From assembly GCA_964016885.1 (NCBI GenBank), contig OZ024745.1:41416001-41480000 (forward strand): a DNA stretch of 64,000 bases. The letters are read 5' to 3'. Positions 58,021 through 64,000 of the stretch are shown one piece after another. The notes beneath the pieces are model-generated. The model did not search any database. It saw only the letters and a program-made list of their open reading frames with translations, and had not been told where the DNA came from. The DNA is from Eledone cirrhosa (lineage: Eukaryota). The translations under genes were made by a program, and so were the position numbers. Every line of letters starts with the position of its first letter. Position 1 is the stretch's first letter.

Positions 58021-58315
58021 TGAAAGTAGGTATAAAATTATTAATTTTCACTATACTTTTATAGCTGTCTCGGCGGCCTAGTTGGACGAATCATAGACGG
58101 TGGTGATCCTGGTGTGAAGTTCGATCCTGGTCGGGTGTACATTTCCCGGTAAACATTTTCAGTTTTTTTATATGGGATGTAAAATAAAAACTAAAAAAAG
58201 ATTACATGTACCTCTTGACTGGGATTTAACCCAAAGCCAGGATCTCTATCGTCTCTAGTACCTACTGCTAGGCTACTGAGACATGATGAAAATTCATACC
58301 TATAAACCTACTTTC
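58021..58315. mobile_element. foldback element whose two arms each contain a tRNA-like (A/B box) sequence
   Basis: Termini TGAAAGTAGGT/ACCTACTTTCA; + arm GTCTCGGCGGCCTAGTTGG...GTTCGATCC; - arm GTCTCAGTAGCCTAGCAG...GGTTAAATCCC. Confidence 0.55.
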
Positions 58316-58597
58316 AAAATTTTCAAAACAAAATGATGTGGTGTTGTTCATGTCTTTCTGAATGTTATTGCTCTTACTTAAGGTCGACTTCTAAATCATT
58401 TGGGTGTTCCATAAACTACATCCTCGTTTTGTTTCTCATCTATCTAGACTATATTTTAACCTGTAATCCATGTTTCATTTCTGTTGCACCTCATTTCTCC
58501 TCTCTCTCTCTCTCTCTTTCTCTCTGTGATTTGGGCTTACTTTATTCATATATATATATGTTTTTGCATGTCAGATAGATTCCAACCTACTTGGCAT

Positions 58598-58653
<56 letters not shown>

Positions 58654-58656
<3 letters not shown>

Positions 58657-58890
58657 TGGCGGACTGGGTCTAAAAATATTTGTTGCCAGGATATGAAGGG
58701 GGGGGGCACCTAGATATAGACAGCTATCATTTAATTTTTATCATGAATAAATGACATTTTCAAAAAATACATAAGTGGAAACAATACAATGCAATCAAAT
58801 TTTTGCAGAAAATTATCTTACCTTCTCCAATAGAAAACCTAATGTATTTTGTGAAATCCAGAGACTTTCAATAATGACCTTTCGTCTTTC
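58654..58890 (+). mobile_element. possible hAT-type DNA transposon terminus
   Basis: Starts CAGTGGCGGACTG, a 13-mer also found at 58010; no matching right TIR seen. Confidence 0.35.
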
Positions 58891-58901
58891 ACACTCACTC
58901 A

Positions 58902-58951
<50 letters not shown>

Positions 58952-59035
58952 AAAAATTGAACAGGGACAGAACAGAGAGGCAGTACGACAAATGTTTATT
59001 AGATTCACGCTCAGGAGAGTGGGGGGTAGGTGGAG

Positions 59036-59066
59036 GACGACGTTTCGGGCATAAGCCCTTCTTCAG
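59036..59066 (-). ncRNA. hammerhead core motif of PLE type, stem I not formed (family G)
   Basis: Revcomp CTGAAGA-a-GGGC ttat GCCC-GAAA-CGTCG-TC. Confidence 0.6.
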
Positions 59067-59674
59067 GTAAGAGTTCAAAAGGTGTGTAGGGGAGTGGTGG
59101 AGAGACATATAGCGAAAGGAAACGGTGCGAATGAAAAATTAACAAATACAGACAAAAATATAATAAATAATAAATAAAAATAAAGCATGATCAAAATACA
59201 AGGAATGAGAACATTTAAAAATAAAGGCATGATCAAAATAAACTGAAATTAAAAGGGGGGTAAACAGGTGGTGGAAGGGTGTGGGGTGAGTAGAGGTGGA
59301 GGCGGGTGGAGTAGGGAGAGGGAGACGGGGTGTCCGAGCGGGGAGGGCTGAAGGTGGTGTGTGTGGTTAGGTGTGCGTGTGTGTGTGTGTATGTGAAAGT
59401 GAGGGTTGGGGGAAGAACGGGGTTGCATGTTCAGGAAGGTGTGTGTGGGGGGTGTTTTTGTGTGTCGGAGGGTCTGTGCGTGTGTGGATAGGGGGTGGGG
59501 GAGAGGAATCAGGGGGCTGAGGGTGTAAATATGTGGTGGGAAGCACGTATATATATGGGTGAGTGTATGTGTATGAAACAACTGGTAAGTCATGAAAAAG
59601 TCAGGTTTTTAATATAAATATTCTCAGATTCCATATTATGAGTTTATTCCTCTATTTATTCATTTGTAAATGCA

Positions 59675-59725
<51 letters not shown>

Positions 59726-60084
59726 ACTGCAAAGATGTGCGGTTTGACAAGATCTGCGTAACTTAAATGATGTAATATATTGCCTCTCACGGATATAACA
59801 TAATGGATGTGTTTAAATTGTGTTATTAGTTTGGATTCAATTAGAATTAATCTGTACATGGCTTATTAAGTGCCTCTCAAATTTTCATTGAATATAGTTT
59901 CGTCGTGGAAACTGGACAGAATTAGCATTCAACTGGAAATGTCTTCTTTGTGCCGGGGAGAATGTCAGGTCAAAAGCTTCATTTATTATCAATTCATAAC
60001 ATAGAATATATCCCTTAGAAATACGAACATGCGAGTGTGTATGTATGTATTCAGAAAGATAGCGGACGAGAGGGTGTCTATATG

Positions 60085-60158
<74 letters not shown>

Positions 60159-60637
60159 GTGTGTGTGTCTGTGTGTGTGTCTTTTGCATGTGTGTGTGTG
60201 TGTGTCTTTTGCGTGTGTGTGTATTGAAGCTACTACATCTATCACTCGCAATGTTGGCCTGTATCATATTTACACAAAAATGTTGAGATGTTATGCAGTC
60301 GCGAGCAACACAAACTCCTTCGCCACCCACATTTCCAGGATCCAGTGGAATATGTATGAGGTAACATATTGAAGGGACCTTCACCAGCAACGGGCTTGTA
60401 ATTCGAGGGATCAACCTCGACACGAAAAGAAGTAAAGTAGGTCTCAGTGAGATTGGAACACAAAATACCGGGAACTACTATCCAATGTACTAACAACGCT
60501 GACATATCGGCTTCCTATCCACATATGAATGTACATATACAAACACACACGTACACACACACACTCACACGCACACCCAAACACGGGCGCGCGCGCGCAC
60601 ATACACACATATTTATATATATTTATATATATATATA

Positions 60638-61493
60638 AATGGAAAAATTGGAATTTCATTTCTCACTCTTAGTACGGCTGATACTTAAATATAAGTATGT
60701 ATACGTACATACATATATGTATACAGACGTACAGTAGTATGCATATACATACATACATGCACACATATATATATGTACGTATGGGTTTACCGAACATTTA
60801 TTAAACACACGAATTAAGCCGTACACTGTTCGGCAACCATCGTTGCCATTTTGTTCAACACTGACAAAGGAACGATGAACTAGTTTCGAGCTTCTTAGCT
60901 GTCATCAGCATTGTATACCTTCCTGTCAGATGATTGTACGTTTGAAAGTATATACTTTCCTATTGCATATTAACGCCTGAGCAGCCTAATTTGCATATCG
61001 AGTGAGTTAGTCGGCCGAGCGCACCGAAGACGATAAATGGAAAAAATGAAAAAATGAAATTTCATTTCTCACACTTAGTACGGCTGATACTTAAATGTAA
61101 GTATGTATACGTACATACATATATGTATACAGACGTACATACACACATATATAACGTTCAATCATCTGGCAGGAAGGTATACGATGCTGATGACAGCTAA
61201 GAAGCTAGAAACTAGTTCATCGTTCCTTTGTCAGTGTTGAACAAAATGGCAACGATGGGTGCCGAACACTGTACGGATTAATTCGGGCTGTTTGTTTACA
61301 AACAAACCGAACATTATAAAATATTTTCGGTAAACCCATACGTACATATATATATATGTGTGCATGTATGTATGTATATACATACTGCTGTACGTCTGTA
61401 TACATATATGTATGTACGTATACATACTTACATTTAAGTATCAGCCGTACTAAGAGTGAGAAATGAAATTTCATTTTTTTCTTTTTTTCCATT
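60638..61493. mobile_element. Family A HHR element, partial tandem plus inverted copy
   Basis: 60638-61140 (about 1.25 monomers), then inverted 61153-61493; HHR at 60872-60914(-) and 61181-61223(+; ACGATG-CTGATGA-cAGCTaagaAGCTa-GAAA-CTAG-TT-CATCGT). Confidence 0.85.
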
Positions 61494-61596
61494 TATATAT
61501 ATATATATATATATGACCCCAACGGCTGAGCTCCAGCCGTTACGACAGCCAGATCTGAATATATATATATATATATTTATTAAAATAACAGATTAA

Positions 61597-61647
61597 AGTT
61601 TAAGCAAAGAATCGCTGCTTTCACCCTTAACGGGATCTTCTGAAACT
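61597..61647 (-). ncRNA. type I hammerhead ribozyme with U4>A core change (family H)
   Basis: Revcomp AGTTT-CAGAAGA-t CCC gttaa GGG t-GAAA-GCA gcgattctt TGC-TT-AAACT; all three stems pair; its 3' half recurs at 54210-54250(+). Confidence 0.6.
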
Positions 61648-64000
61648 AAAAAAAATCAATCTGTGAACGCAGAAGTAAATATTTCGAAGAACGTCGCAAT
61701 CGAAGGAAGACAGGTGACGATACTTCGGTTCGTGGAAACGTTCCCTAACAAAGAACGGAAAAAACGAAGATAATACGTCATTATTTGGAGCGGTAAAAAC
61801 AATTACACGCATAGACAAAACCACGTTAATGGTTCGTGGAGACGTTCCCTGGCAATGAACGGTAAAAACGAAGATAATACGTCATTATGTGGAGCGAGAA
61901 GAACACGCAAAGACAAAACCAAGTTTATGGTATAACTGAAGTCGTAGACTAAAATTCTATTTAGGAAACCGAATGATTCCGGCTTCAGAGTTAAGAATAA
62001 TGTAAATAAATTACATGTATGTATATATATTTATATATACATATATGTAAATATATGAAATTATAAAATATTGAATACGCATGAAATTGCATAAGTAGAC
62101 AGCTGAATGGAATTCTAATTGACTAGTGCTATTTTCAGGGTATTTTGTGGTGTAATGAAACTTTGAATACATTTCTGTCATTTAATTCATATTTGTAAGA
62201 TAATCAATCATTCTTATACTAATAGCAGACACAACATGGCTGAATAAGAATTTATTTTCATAATCATTATATCCCAACATCGAACACAGTATCTGTCATC
62301 TTGGTTAAGTCTCATTTACCCTAGCCTAAGGTCAACCCAGGCTTTACGCGTGGAATTGGGTAAATGGAAACTGTTTGGAATCCCGTCGGATGGACTGTAT
62401 CTCCAATTCAAAGGCCTGTGGGTTACATATATACAGGATGACAGCAAAGCGATTTCGAGTAATGCCATCATTTGATACTTAAGCACGAGCATCGCAAAAA
62501 AATGTCACATATCAAGCGATGCCTGAGCTTGAAGCTTTTTTTTTAAGTAAGGAAAGTCTTCGCATTGGGCCTGTCCCACTCTCTGAACATCGAATGCATT
62601 TACCAAAAAATTAGAGTTGGTCTACATCATGGATGCAAACGAAATCGTAGGTTTTATATCACAGTGACTTTCTCTGAAACAGATGTCTTAATAAAGGCTA
62701 GGCCTCTCTGGCTCCGATAAACAAATACATACATACATTTGCATATGGAGACGTGACATGGTTGATAACTATAAACATGGAAGAGAAACGTTGAGTAACT
62801 GATGCATACTAGAAATCACTAGAAAATACAGTAACATTTGTCAATAGATAAGAGCACAAACGAAACTGCAAAACATCATAAAACATAAAGAGAAGCTAAT
62901 AGAAGTGGACAATGTATATGGCAGAAACAAAGCAGTGTACAAAGCGGGGAATGGACAGGGTAGGAGCATGTATTGAGGAAGACAGGTGGCACAATGCGAA
63001 TAATAATTTTATGGTGAGACGAAGAATCACTGTCATTTACATACAGGCCCTCCACACTCAGATTCACACTTATACATACACACATAGAGATATGTAGAAA
63101 AACGGACGGACAGAGAACGAGAGAAAGTAGGAGAACGAGGGTCAGCATGTGGAAAAGTTCAGGTGAAGTTTTTCGAAAAAACATATTTTTAATTGGTTCA
63201 ATGATGATTGTTTTCTAATTCACCTCCACTGTACAGTACATAAAATATGTATGTTTCATCACCTTATTTCATTGAACAAAGCCTTGTGAATGAAATTTTG
63301 CGGATGCCTGTTGGAAGGACTATTTCTTTTAATGAATAGTAGATTGAATCCCACACCAAGTCGAACACCCCCACCTCATAATTAGGGGGCCTTTGACAGA
63401 ATCCACTATGTTGCAAGTATTTACGTTAGATCTCAGATTTGTGTATAATTTCATCCTTTAATTCCACCAGAACCTTGAAAGGGGGTTATGGGTTTTGCCC
63501 TTTCTTTTCTGAAAGGAAGGTAATTAAAGATTTGATCCTAATTCACAGATTTTACATTCTATCCTTAGTGTATTTGAAAGCGAAATGATGATCACGAATT
63601 AATTTCCTTTCTTGTACTTTATGAAGCATTTCAGTTAATCACCCATTTATGGATACCAAAACTTCAAAGTAGTCAAACAAAATTCCAATTTTTACATATA
63701 AATGAAGGAGAACGAGGCTAGCCCAAGATATATAGAAACTCACTCATATTAGTAGCTATAATAACCTTTCATATTTCTTCCCTTTTACGATCCATTCACT
63801 CACCCAGGATTCATGAATTACTTTAACAAGTATGCCGATCCGTTGACCGTAAGATTTAAATACTCTTCTCGAACCCGGCAGAAGCTTATTTATTTGTATT
63901 ATTTCAAATGTTTTTTCAGCTTTGAACATAATCGTGTAGTGATGTTGGAGATGTTCAGAGTTTTTTTTGTTGATTTTGTTTGTTTTTTTTTTTTTGTTTT

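Noticed and set aside
59890-59935. Minus-strand GTC...GAC-GAAA-CTATA hammerhead-like half
   Set aside because: No CUGANGA upstream.

Overview
Eukaryotic, extremely microsatellite-rich ((TA)n, (CA)n, (TACA)n, (TTA)n, (GAA)n) non-genic or intronic DNA. The repeat landscape suggests a cephalopod (Octopus-like) genome; this is an inference from the recurrent tRNA-type SINE and the (TA)n density. No host protein-coding exon can be supported, and most listed ORFs are microsatellite artefacts. Real coding remnants are all transposon-derived: a mariner transposase 5' fragment, two R4/Dong-like (RLE-endonuclease) non-LTR fragments, an RTE fragment, a near full-length L1/Tx1-clade LINE plus a second 3' stub, and two Penelope-like elements (PLEs; RT/GIY-YIG). 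There is also a 4.25-kb near-identical tandem duplication holding a 16 x 65-bp minisatellite, several SINEs, MITEs and a probable solo LTR. The main signal not visible in the ORF track is a high density of type I hammerhead ribozyme (HHR) motifs. About 18 were recognised by eye (CUGANGA / stem II / GAAA / short, often palindromic stem III / UH / stem I), several with core or stem lesions. They fall into at least 7 apparently unrelated sequence families. Most lie in ORF-less 0.3-0.9 kb elements with partial-tandem and inverted (pseudo-LTR-like) architecture inserted in (TA)n tracts. These are candidate non-autonomous PLE derivatives or retrozymes.
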